32,000 nucleotides of DNA from Psychrobacter cryohalolentis K5 (lineage in GTDB: Bacteria; Pseudomonadota; Gammaproteobacteria; Pseudomonadales; Moraxellaceae): contig NC_007969.1 of NCBI RefSeq assembly GCF_000013905.1, positions 990,001-1,022,000 on the forward strand, read 5' to 3'. Positions 17,277 to 25,747 of this stretch are shown here, one piece after another. The notes beneath the pieces are model-generated. The model made no database searches and was not told the DNA's origin. It was given only the letters and a program-made list of their open reading frames with translations. Numbering within the stretch: position 1 is the first letter of the stretch; every line of letters begins with the position of its first letter. The position numbers and the translations under genes were made by a program.

Positions 17277-17972
17277 TTACAACTCTAAAAATACTGCTTT
17301 ATCTTTAAACATACATTCGTCATAAACAGGACAAGCGCCGCATTTTGGGGTACGAGCCTGACAAGTATAGCGCCCGTGCAAAATAAGATAATGATGAGCA
17401 TCAACGATAAAGTCATCGGGGATACGTTCGACCAGTTTCTTCTCAACGATTAAGACGTTTTTGCCAGTGGCAAGTCCCGTACGATTACCCACTCGAAAGA
17501 TATGGGTATCGACCGCCATCGTCGGCTGTCCAAAGGCTGTATTTAGAACTACATTCGCCGTCTTGCGCCCGACGCCCGCTAGAGACTCTAAGTCTTTACG
17601 GTTGTCAGGGACGGTGCTATTAAATTTCTCAATCAAGTCACGGCAAGTTTTGATGACGTTTTTGGCTTTGGCATTAAACAAGCCGATATTCTTAATATAG
17701 GATTTCAAACCTTCTTCGCCTAAAGCGAGTATTGCCTCAGGCGTATTCGCCACCGGATAGAGCTGATTGGTGGCAATATTGACGCTGACATCAGTCGCCT
17801 GCGCTGATAATATAACTGCGATAAGCAGCTCAAAGTTACTCTTATAATTGAGCTCAGTCACTGGCTCATCAATTGTCGCCGCCAATTTCTCAAAAAATGG
17901 ACGCACATCACGGTTGGGCATGCGCCTCGATGGCGGAGTATCAGCTGTTTTATGTTTGACGGTTTTACTCAT
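17277..17972 (-). CDS. nth: Endonuclease III (DNA glycosylase / AP lyase)
   Basis: HhH-GPD region LESLAGVGRKTANVV. C-terminal 4Fe-4S loop C-x6-C-x2-C-x5-C (CQARTPKCGACPVYDEC). Confidence 0.95.
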   Translation of the reverse strand: MSKTVKHKTADTPPSRRMPNRDVRPFFEKLAATIDEPVTELNYKSNFELLIAVILSAQATDVSVNIATNQLYPVANTPEAILALGEEGLKSYIKNIGLFNAKAKNVIKTCRDLIEKFNSTVPDNRKDLESLAGVGRKTANVVLNTAFGQPTMAVDTHIFRVGNRTGLATGKNVLIVEKKLVERIPDDFIVDAHHYLILHGRYTCQARTPKCGACPVYDECMFKDKAVFLEL

Positions 17973-18025
17973 GGTATTTTTACCATTATTTTGTTCATTG
18001 GTTATTCAAAAGTAGATATTGGCTA

Positions 18026-18868
18026 TTAAAGTTGTGCAAGCTCAGCTTTTAATTCATTCAATTCTGCTTGTTTGCTTTCATTGGGACGTACGCTAAGCTG
18101 TTTTTCTAACTTTTTAATTTTACTGCGCAGCTTTGCCGCTGCAATAGTGTTTTTTGCTTGAGCTTCACTGATATTTAACGACTGACTGGCGGCATTATTC
18201 AGTTTTGCCTCCACCATGCTGACCACGGGTCTACTATTGCTGCTATCCGCAAGTTGCTTGCTGACACGATTTAAATGGGTATGATAACGCTGTCTCAAAT
18301 CCTCTTGCTCAAGGGTGCGCTCAGGTGTCGAAAGCGTACGCTCAACCGTGACCAAATCGATGCAGTCAACAGGGCAGGGCGCTATACATAATTCACAGCC
18401 CGTGCATAAATCCGTAAAAATAGTATGCATATGCTTGCCAGTACCAACGATGGCATCAACAGGGCAGGCGGGAATACATTTGGTACAGCCAATGCAATCA
18501 TCTTCACGAATGACGGCACGCACTTCAACAGGCCGCTGAGAAGTAGAATCTAACGGCCATTTTGAAGGTTCAGCGCTTAGTGTTGGCATATCAGCATCGA
18601 TAATCTGCGCGATAGTATCCGCCACTGGCTGACCACCCGGTACACACTTATTATGTGGCTCACCATCCATCACGATAGCAACTGCATAAGGTAAGCAACC
18701 ATCAGCATGGTCGCATAGACCGCACTGTGTTTGCGGTAGGCTGCCATCAATGCGCGCAATTTTTTCCTGAACATCAGCAGGCAATGTTTCTATCTTCAGC
18801 GAATCGAATAAGATTGGCAGATTGGTTAAACGGATATGATTGCTGTTTTTATTCATGGTGCTTTGCAT
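18026..18868 (-). CDS. rnfB: RnfB/RsxB-like iron-sulfur ferredoxin (no N-terminal membrane anchor; coiled-coil C-terminal extension)
   Basis: N-terminal Cys cluster QCGLCDHADGC..KCVPGG. Two 4Fe-4S motifs, CIGCTKCIPACP and CTGCELCIAPCP, collinear with E. coli RsxB as I recall it. It sits directly upstream of nth, as in rsx-nth operons. Confidence 0.8.
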   Translation of the reverse strand: MQSTMNKNSNHIRLTNLPILFDSLKIETLPADVQEKIARIDGSLPQTQCGLCDHADGCLPYAVAIVMDGEPHNKCVPGGQPVADTIAQIIDADMPTLSAEPSKWPLDSTSQRPVEVRAVIREDDCIGCTKCIPACPVDAIVGTGKHMHTIFTDLCTGCELCIAPCPVDCIDLVTVERTLSTPERTLEQEDLRQRYHTHLNRVSKQLADSSNSRPVVSMVEAKLNNAASQSLNISEAQAKNTIAAAKLRSKIKKLEKQLSVRPNESKQAELNELKAELAQL

Positions 18869-18967
18869 TTAATGTAAAACCTTTATATCAGTGCTAGATG
18901 CTGATATTAAAATAAATAGGATAATAGTGATATGGATAAATGCTGAATGAGGCGTTGATATGATAGA

Positions 18968-20023
18968 TTAAAGCAAAATACCTTGCTCATTGGCAATTTG
19001 CGCAATCAGCTCATAAGCAATGCTACCCTTAAAGGGTATTTTTGGCAGCTTTGATAGATCGAAAAAATCTGCATGTGATAGCTCATCTTCTTGTATAACG
19101 ATATCGCCATCTGCATAAGATGCTCGAAAACCCAACATCAAATTAGACGGAAACGGCCATGGTTGACTGTTCACATAGCGAATATCGGACAAGCTAAGAC
19201 CCACTTCTTCTGCCACTTCGCGTACCACAGCATGCTCTAGGCTTTCACCTACTTCTACAAAGCCTGCAATCAAACCGTATAGTAACGGTTGGGGCGACTG
19301 TAATAAATGAGAGGCTGTTTTTTGCTGACCGTAACGATGATGATGAGCCAACAAAATTTGCATTTCACCCGTTTGCGGGTTGGGTCGAGTAATGGCGGTA
19401 ATGACGCAGGGCTGTACACGCGGATACTGACGCAATCGACAAACGTCACAAACCATAGCACGCTCACCGCATTTGGCAGCTACAGTGCGTGCCGCGCAGC
19501 GACTACAAAACTGTGTATCTGCTTGCCAACGAAGTAGTTGTATGGCTTGGCTAAGCTGAGCAGCTAATGCTATGGGCAGGTGCGTGATAAGCTGTCGATA
19601 AGGTATAAAAGTGTTAATACTGTTCTCTACATTGCTAATAACGCTGCTATCCAAGTCACTACTTGTTAATTCATCACTGTCTAAAATACTGGGTAAGGCG
19701 ATATTATGTGCTATTGCATAATCATAAGTGATAGCGCGGCTTGCTTGTACAGTGACAGCATTAGCATTAGCATTAGCATTAGCATTAGCATTAGCATTAG
19801 CATTAGCATTAGCATTAGCATTAGCGTTATCAGTATCATCTACATCACTCAGCAGCCAGCTATTGGGCGCTAAGCTATCAAACAATGTAACCTGTCCTAA
19901 TTGATAAGCTTGCTCACTACTGACATCAGAGTGTGCTAGCTCAACCTGTAAAGGCCACCAGCCATTAGGCGTTTGACGACATAAGATCGTTTCATCAGAT
20001 AGGACAAAGGCGCAGATCATCAT
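18968..20023 (-). CDS. nudC: NAD(H) diphosphatase / RNA NAD-decapping Nudix hydrolase NudC
   Basis: Zinc-ribbon cysteines CSRC...CDVC, Nudix box GFVEVGESLEHAVVREVAEEVGL, and the NudC signature SQPWPFP. The ORF opens at a TTG at 20035; the ATG at 20023 with GGAA upstream is preferred. Confidence 0.85.
   Translation of the reverse strand: MMICAFVLSDETILCRQTPNGWWPLQVELAHSDVSSEQAYQLGQVTLFDSLAPNSWLLSDVDDTDNANANANANANANANANANANANAVTVQASRAITYDYAIAHNIALPSILDSDELTSSDLDSSVISNVENSINTFIPYRQLITHLPIALAAQLSQAIQLLRWQADTQFCSRCAARTVAAKCGERAMVCDVCRLRQYPRVQPCVITAITRPNPQTGEMQILLAHHHRYGQQKTASHLLQSPQPLLYGLIAGFVEVGESLEHAVVREVAEEVGLSLSDIRYVNSQPWPFPSNLMLGFRASYADGDIVIQEDELSHADFFDLSKLPKIPFKGSIAYELIAQIANEQGILL
19758..19829. 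repeat. Hexanucleotide microsatellite (GCATTA)x11 plus one GCGTTA, in frame within nudC, encoding (Asn-Ala)x12
   Basis: Counted directly from the sequence. On the coding strand it reads AAC GCT (AAT GCT)x11. Confidence 0.95.
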
Positions 20024-20091
20024 ATAGGTTTCCAAACGGTCAAAGACAAGCTCATATCAGCTTGTCTTTGTATAAAAATTTACATAAATGA

Positions 20092-21789
20092 TTAAGCGGC
20101 AAGCAATTGGCTTAAGCTATGCTGCCCAACATCCAGTGCTTGTTTGCTGACAGGGCGATTGTTCTCGAAACCGTCTAGATGATGGTCAACTGCCATAATA
20201 ACATCAGCAATATAAGCTAAGGTGCCATCATCGATACGATTACCACTATTGATACGTTGCTGTAAATAATTTGCCAATTGACTGAGCATACTGGCCGGCA
20301 TTGGCAATTGTAAAAAACGCACAGCACCGCTTACTTGACGCAGCATTTCAGGGGTATTTTGAATATTAAGAATATCGCGCTCAGGCTCCGCAAGGTAGTC
20401 ATTGATTGCTTGTTCAGCACTGGCAATTGCCGTACGACTCTCTTCTATCAAGGTATCATAAGCGGTATTCAGCTGATGTAGTGAGATATGAGGATTGTTC
20501 AACGGCAGATAAATTGCACCTGGAGTATGCATCTCAGCCATGGCGATGGTCGCGTTTTCTGCATGCATGAGTGCCAATAATAAATGATCAAAATCTTCTG
20601 GAGTAGGCGAGCGCCATGTGCTTACGGCTTCTGACGCTTTAATCAGGCTATTGGCGGCATTAGATAGCCCAAGAAGATGCAACGCAGAGCTCAAAGTAGT
20701 GAGTTCTTCAATAATTTGCGAGGTCTGCATATCGACTGGATTGATTGAGTCACCACGGGCATAGCTGTCGACATTTTCTTTAATCGTATTGATTTGAGTC
20801 TGGATAATGATATTCAAAGTATCCGTCAGCTCACGGTTTGGACCAAACAAGAAGCGCTCCATCTGCTGGCGCTGTGGATCTTCTAAACGGTTGGCGGCGT
20901 ATTGCTCGCGCAGCACTTTTGCCGCTTCAGTATCACGTTGTCCGGCAAAACTGACCAAATCAGCAAAACGCGTATCCATGACAGGCAAATAGCTTTGGAA
21001 TTGCTGCTCAACATAAATAAGCGTGTGCTTTTGACTGACATTAAGCGGCAGGATGGCTGCGATATCAGTGACCGCAGCGGACGCTGCTTGCCAAAACAGA
21101 CTGCTGGTATTTTTCGCTATCAAAGCACAGGCAGCTGACATAGCATCCAATTTTTGCTGATCAGCTTGATTGATGTTGCCATCCCGATTGATCAAAGTAA
21201 CGCCAAGCCCACTACGATAAGCATAGGTCAGTAGCTCTTGATCAAGGTTGAGCTCATTTAGCGGCTGAAAATTCTTTTCAGGATCGGCGATAATGACACT
21301 ACTATTACCAAAAGCAGAAAAATAATCAGCAGCAATAGGCGCTATTTGGCTATGAGCATTCAGCTTATTAATAATAGGTAGTAATAAAGCAGGCTCTACC
21401 GACTCAGTCAGTAGCACAAATTCAATATAACGATCAAGCGTCATGATCGCTTCGGACAGATCCATGATTAAGTCAATATCACTATTGTCGCCACTGTCAT
21501 AAAGCTCCTGTAAACCGTGTACAATCGCATTATTGAGTGCCTCTGCACCCACCAAAGATATCAGCTCAAAAATACAAGAAAGCTGTTTTAATACAATAAT
21601 AGAGTCTAATAATAAGGGCGCTTGGCTATTGTCGTCATTAAATTCGCCCAAATGAATCTCAGTATCTTTAAGTATGACCTTGACCTCATCGTGCAATAAG
21701 TGCAGCGATGGCAAATTAAAGTCAGTAACACTAAGCGTTGGCGCGGTCAATTTTATTTGCGTAGAGTGGTTCATAATTATTTTTTCCAT
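20092..21789 (-). CDS. fimL: FimL-like protein (ChpA N-terminal / Hpt-like scaffold; type IV pilus / cAMP regulation)
   Basis: 565 aa, close to the roughly 560 aa of P. aeruginosa FimL. The N-terminal segment (L..HDEV......E..L.EF.......LL.....L.Q......LI.L.GAE.L ... L.RYIE.V......P.LLLP.IN) resembles the FimL/ChpA N-terminus as I recall it. It lies next to nudC and rnhA/dnaQ, which I recall also being near fimL in Pseudomonas. No database check was possible. Confidence 0.5.
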   Translation of the reverse strand: MEKIIMNHSTQIKLTAPTLSVTDFNLPSLHLLHDEVKVILKDTEIHLGEFNDDNSQAPLLLDSIIVLKQLSCIFELISLVGAEALNNAIVHGLQELYDSGDNSDIDLIMDLSEAIMTLDRYIEFVLLTESVEPALLLPIINKLNAHSQIAPIAADYFSAFGNSSVIIADPEKNFQPLNELNLDQELLTYAYRSGLGVTLINRDGNINQADQQKLDAMSAACALIAKNTSSLFWQAASAAVTDIAAILPLNVSQKHTLIYVEQQFQSYLPVMDTRFADLVSFAGQRDTEAAKVLREQYAANRLEDPQRQQMERFLFGPNRELTDTLNIIIQTQINTIKENVDSYARGDSINPVDMQTSQIIEELTTLSSALHLLGLSNAANSLIKASEAVSTWRSPTPEDFDHLLLALMHAENATIAMAEMHTPGAIYLPLNNPHISLHQLNTAYDTLIEESRTAIASAEQAINDYLAEPERDILNIQNTPEMLRQVSGAVRFLQLPMPASMLSQLANYLQQRINSGNRIDDGTLAYIADVIMAVDHHLDGFENNRPVSKQALDVGQHSLSQLLAA

Positions 21790-21924
21790 AAGATACTGAC
21801 GAAAATAGCAAATAGTTAGAGAGTAAATTAAAAAATAGCGCTAGATAAGGTTTTACTTTTTATCGTTATAATAATCAAGACTATATTCTCTAATCGCCAA
21901 TATAAGAAGCGATTTTAATGCCTG

Positions 21925-23523
21925 TTACATTTTGGCTTTCAGCTCAGGATAATCTTCTGCGAGCGACGCATACCAGCTTTGATTGGCGCCCTCATCAGTA
22001 CTTGACTCAAGCAATAAAGCCGCTAAATTGGCAAAGCTAGCATGGGCTGTGTGTCCGCCATCCGCTTGCGCGTCATCCTCAATGCCTAGCGTTACTTGTC
22101 CGCCAGTCATCGCCAAATAGACTTCTGCTAAAATCTCTGAATCTAGTAATGCCCCGTGAAAGGTACGGTCTTGCTTGCCCACGTCTAAACGACGTACGAG
22201 AGCATCAAGAGTATTTTTCTGTCCAGGATACTGCTGCTTTGCCATGACCAGCGAGTCGGTCACTTTTACTCGCTCAGCAAAGTCATGCATGCCAACTTTG
22301 GCAAACTCCATATTTAAGAAGTTCATATCAAACGAGGCATTATGAGCGATGATTTCTGCACCATCCATAAAGTCATAGAGCGACTGCGCGACTTGATCAA
22401 AGGTTGGTTTGTCCGTTAAAAATGCTTCAGAAATACCGTGAATTCGAATAACTTCTTCATCCATACCGCGCTGTGGGTTGATATAGACGTGGAGCTTTTC
22501 GCCAGTGAACTTACGTCCAATCATCTCTACAATACCGACTTCAATGACACGATCGCCTTTTTGCGGATCCAGCCCCGTGGTCTCGGTATCCATAATCAGC
22601 TGACGATCAGATTGGTGACAGTTTATTGGCTTGGGTAGCAATGGCTTAAAATATGGATTGGCACGGCTGGTGTCACCATCGAATTTTGGCGTATCTGCTT
22701 CAACATTAGTAACCATGTTGGACGCATGGTTATTGATGCTTGTATCAATCAAAGGCGTCTGGGCGTCTGGCATTTCTATAGCACTCATTGAATTGGTGGC
22801 ATTGTACGGACTAATATTTTCTTCAGCGAAAGCATGAGTATTTATTACACTGTCATTATAACTTTGATTCTCTAGTAGTTCGGCATCAAGCTCATCATCC
22901 ATCATATCAAAACCTAATGGATCAAAATTTAGCCAATCATCGCTGCTTGATGGCTTTTTATCAGCCATTATTGGCTCTTTTTTTTTAGTACTATCTTGAA
23001 CGTCTGTTATCAAATCTTCACTACGTGAGGTCACACCTAGGTTCGCAAGCTCATCCGCTTTTTCATTACCAGCATGTCCAGCATGACCTTTGACCCAATG
23101 CCAATCAACATCGCGTTTCTGACAGAGCTCATCGAGTCGCTGCCATAGGTCTTGATTGGCGACGGGTTTTTTACTGGCCGTCTTCCAGCCTCTTTTTTTC
23201 CAACCTTCAATCCACTCAGTGATGCCTTTTTTGACATAACTTGAGTCTGTCCAAATCTCGAGTTTCTGCTCATGTGAGCTATGAGTAAGCGCTTGTATCG
23301 CACCCATCAATTCCATACGATTATTGGTGGTTTCTTTATCACCGCCATAAAAATCCTGCGTCCGTCCGTCGCTAAATATCAGATGAGCGCCCCAGCCACC
23401 AGCACCAGGATTGCCTTTACACGCGCCATCTGTGTAAGCAACCGTAGTATCTGCTTTGGCAGCCAATGGGTTTATGGCATTACTGGTGTTAAATGGCTGC
23501 GCTGCGCTGCGATTTTCTGACAT
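21925..23523 (-). CDS. dnaQ: Bifunctional RNase HI / DNA polymerase III epsilon (proofreading exonuclease) fusion protein
   Basis: The N-terminal RNase HI domain spans about aa 26-165 ([37 protein letters not shown]). An acidic low-complexity linker of about 140 aa follows. The DnaQ domain starts near aa 307, with Exo I MDTETTG, Exo II AHNASFD and Exo [17 protein letters not shown]. Confidence 0.9.
   Translation of the reverse strand: MSENRSAAQPFNTSNAINPLAAKADTTVAYTDGACKGNPGAGGWGAHLIFSDGRTQDFYGGDKETTNNRMELMGAIQALTHSSHEQKLEIWTDSSYVKKGITEWIEGWKKRGWKTASKKPVANQDLWQRLDELCQKRDVDWHWVKGHAGHAGNEKADELANLGVTSRSEDLITDVQDSTKKKEPIMADKKPSSSDDWLNFDPLGFDMMDDELDAELLENQSYNDSVINTHAFAEENISPYNATNSMSAIEMPDAQTPLIDTSINNHASNMVTNVEADTPKFDGDTSRANPYFKPLLPKPINCHQSDRQLIMDTETTGLDPQKGDRVIEVGIVEMIGRKFTGEKLHVYINPQRGMDEEVIRIHGISEAFLTDKPTFDQVAQSLYDFMDGAEIIAHNASFDMNFLNMEFAKVGMHDFAERVKVTDSLVMAKQQYPGQKNTLDALVRRLDVGKQDRTFHGALLDSEILAEVYLAMTGGQVTLGIEDDAQADGGHTAHASFANLAALLLESSTDEGANQSWYASLAEDYPELKAKM
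22961..22986 (-). other. A9 homopolymer (plus-strand T9, 22978-22986) at the RNase HI/linker boundary, with flanking out-of-frame stops and an in-frame ATG
   Basis: The coding strand reads ACT AAA AAA AAA GAG CCA ATA ATG GCT GAT. The -1 frame gives AGA GCC AAT AAT GGC TGA (stop at 22961-63). The +1 frame gives AGC CAA TAA (stop at 22968-70), overlapping the in-frame ATG (22966-68) as TAATG. Confidence 0.6.
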
Positions 23524-23801
23524 AAAAATTTACTGACCTAATAGAGAATAAATACAGGATATAGCGAAGCGATTTCACTGATATATTGGAGGCTAATTTT
23601 ATCTACCTATGTTGGAATTGAGTATAACAAATCCAGCGTTAATAGGGGCAATTGCCATGCACAAAAAACCAAAAACAGATATCCTAATAGTAAGCTTATC
23701 GTTTTCTGTTAAAATAGAGCGGTTGTAAGGATATGTCTAGCCAGACATTAACTATAATTTGCTTAACTAAAGCTTTCAATGCTCGAATGCAGGATTACCC
23801 T

Positions 23802-24359
23802 ATGATGTCCTTAGCCTCAAAATCTTCTTCTAAAAACCTCAGCCATTTGATGATTGCGATGGCTGCGAGCAGTATGCTGCTTTTGAGCGCTTGTAATGAT
23901 AGTAATACTCAAGCAGATACCAAAAAGGTTGAGAAGGTAGCAGATTTATCTATCTTTGAGGGCTGTTACACCGTCAGTCATGATGAGCCGGCGCAAATAA
24001 AAGTCAGCCAACAGGGCGGCGCATGGGTCATGCAGATGAAAGAGCCTGCAAGTGCCAAACGTGTTTGGGATGATGCTGAGCCGTTAGAGGTGATTGAAAA
24101 TAGCGACATACCACAGTTTTTCTCTATAGACCCTGATAATGTCGATGCGGTGATTGGTCGTCCGGATAGAGTGTTGGTATTAGCTCATGTTAAGCCTGTT
24201 TATGCCAATATCGATCCGCTACTTGATAGTGAGTACTTGTCTTATATCTATAAAGGAGCAAACACTATTTACCGAGTCGAATGTGATGACGTTAATACTG
24301 ATATTTTGGCCAATCCTCATGCCAATATTGTCATTGATAATGTTAAAGAGACTATTTAG
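23802..24359 (+). CDS. Hypothetical lipoprotein
   Basis: AGGA lies 7 nt before the ATG at 23802. Signal peptide with lipobox LLSAC. No recognisable domain. The track ORF opens earlier, at 23733. Confidence 0.55.
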   Translation: MMSLASKSSSKNLSHLMIAMAASSMLLLSACNDSNTQADTKKVEKVADLSIFEGCYTVSHDEPAQIKVSQQGGAWVMQMKEPASAKRVWDDAEPLEVIENSDIPQFFSIDPDNVDAVIGRPDRVLVLAHVKPVYANIDPLLDSEYLSYIYKGANTIYRVECDDVNTDILANPHANIVIDNVKETI

Positions 24360-24464
24360 TTAGGTATTATCAGTCAATACTACATATCTGTTATTTATGA
24401 TAAAAAGTGCTTTTTTATCAATACAATTTTGTTATAAACCGTCGTATCATTAGAGTCAGGTAAT

Positions 24465-24770
24465 ATGAATTTTTTTAGTTATGTGGTGTTGGGTGGATTT
24501 TCTTATGCGGCTGGTTGGGCGATAAGAACCTATGTATTAAACAAAAAACCTGAACCTGAGCAGCCTTACAATCTTAAGCATCCAGCTATCTTGGCGTATT
24601 TGGGCGGGTTCTTTATTGTTATGCTGATTGTCTCATGGCTCATCGGTCGCTACGTGCTTGGGCACGCCAGCATTGATGTGCCATTTATTATCATAAACAG
24701 TCTGGTTGCAACCTTTGTCTATTCGTTCGGTCTTAATCCAGAAAAAGCCCGTTATGATGTGCCGGATTAA
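24465..24770 (+). CDS. Hypothetical small membrane protein (about 3 TM helices)
   Basis: 101 aa with three hydrophobic segments. AGG SD-like sequence upstream. A strong hairpin lies downstream. Confidence 0.5.
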   Translation: MNFFSYVVLGGFSYAAGWAIRTYVLNKKPEPEQPYNLKHPAILAYLGGFFIVMLIVSWLIGRYVLGHASIDVPFIIINSLVATFVYSFGLNPEKARYDVPD

Positions 24771-24817
24771 TGGTTTTTTGCACAAGTAAAATTAATAGAG
24801 ATATTGTTATTCTCATA

Positions 24818-24858
24818 GAAAGACACGGTCAATGTATACCTCATTGACCGTGTCTTTC
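24818..24858. terminator. Perfect 17-bp-stem hairpin between convergent genes (probable bidirectional terminator)
   Basis: GAAAGACACGGTCAATG / CATTGACCGTGTCTTTC with a 7-nt loop. The U-tracts are weak. Confidence 0.6.
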
Positions 24859-24916
24859 TCACAATTACTATATTAAGTTATGCTAGGTATATCACTTAAT
24901 ATAGATGACTAAATAG

Positions 24917-25432
24917 CTATGTCGACTTTTTAGTATCTACCTTATCGTCTTCCGCTTTAGACTCTTCGTCTTTATCTGCTTTTGCCGTACTTTTATTTTT
25001 ATCTTTGAGCTTTTTATTAGTAGGCTTTGAGTCTTTATCTTTAGATGCGCTTTGTTCATCCTTCCAAGTTTTGTATTTCAACAAATCCTTTTCCATGAGC
25101 TTGAGACAAAATTTCAGTACCAACGCATCATCGATTTGACCGATAAAGGGGATAAAGTCCGGAATAAGATCAATAGGGTTTATAACATAGAGCAGACCAA
25201 CCACTGCCGCTGAAATAGTTTTATAAGGAATATTACGATAGTTACCTTGATAGTAGTCTTTTACCAAGCTCATGAGCAATAGTAAATCCTTGGTATAACG
25301 CTCAAGACCGCGACCGTTGTCAAGTTGGTCTTTTATTTTGTCTTCTTTACCCAAGATGAGTCTAATACTATCCATTAGGCTTTTATTGTCTTTCTCTTTC
25401 TCTTTCTCTTTCTCTTTCTCTTTGTCAGCCAT
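24917..25432 (-). CDS. DUF1232 (YkvA-family) membrane protein with a (Lys-Glu) repeat N-terminus and a Lys/Asp-rich tail
   Basis: DUF1232 core LLYVINPIDLIPDFIPFIGQIDDALVL. N-terminus MADKEKEKEKEKEKD. C-terminal low-complexity K/D/S tail. Confidence 0.75.
   Translation of the reverse strand: MADKEKEKEKEKEKDNKSLMDSIRLILGKEDKIKDQLDNGRGLERYTKDLLLLMSLVKDYYQGNYRNIPYKTISAAVVGLLYVINPIDLIPDFIPFIGQIDDALVLKFCLKLMEKDLLKYKTWKDEQSASKDKDSKPTNKKLKDKNKSTAKADKDEESKAEDDKVDTKKST
25389..25423. repeat. Hexanucleotide microsatellite (TCTTTC)x5 plus a partial unit, encoding (Lys-Glu)n at codons 4-14 of the DUF1232 gene
   Basis: Counted directly. The coding strand reads (AAA GAG)x5. Confidence 0.9.
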
Positions 25433-25747
25433 GCTTATGATCCTTTTGTATTAGTAAATATTTATGGTTTATTGCGATTAATCGTTCTTTACTATAACAA
25501 GAGTAGCGATTTCATCCAAATAAGACGATGGGTGATTCTGTATTGTTTTGTTGACTAGTATAACAATGGGTTGAGCTACCCTAGACAATCTTAAACCAAA
25601 TTGCCGTCTCAACTTCCGTTATAATGCAATGTTTCAAAGATAAAGGCTTAGCGCATGTTAAATGAAATCGCGTGCATTTAAAGCATCAATGCTAAATAAG
25701 TATCCTTGTTAAACAAGCATTAACTGAATAGTACAAAAGGTAAAATA

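Noticed and set aside
19758-19829. A regularly spaced repeat that might be mistaken for a CRISPR array.
   Set aside because: It is a contiguous 6-bp microsatellite with no spacers, lies inside an open reading frame, and has no cas genes nearby.
23656-23727. A 23-codon ORF (MHKKPKTDILIVSLSFSVKIERL) in the dnaQ / lipoprotein spacer.
   Set aside because: It is too short to evaluate without comparative data, has a weak SD, and shows no recognisable features.
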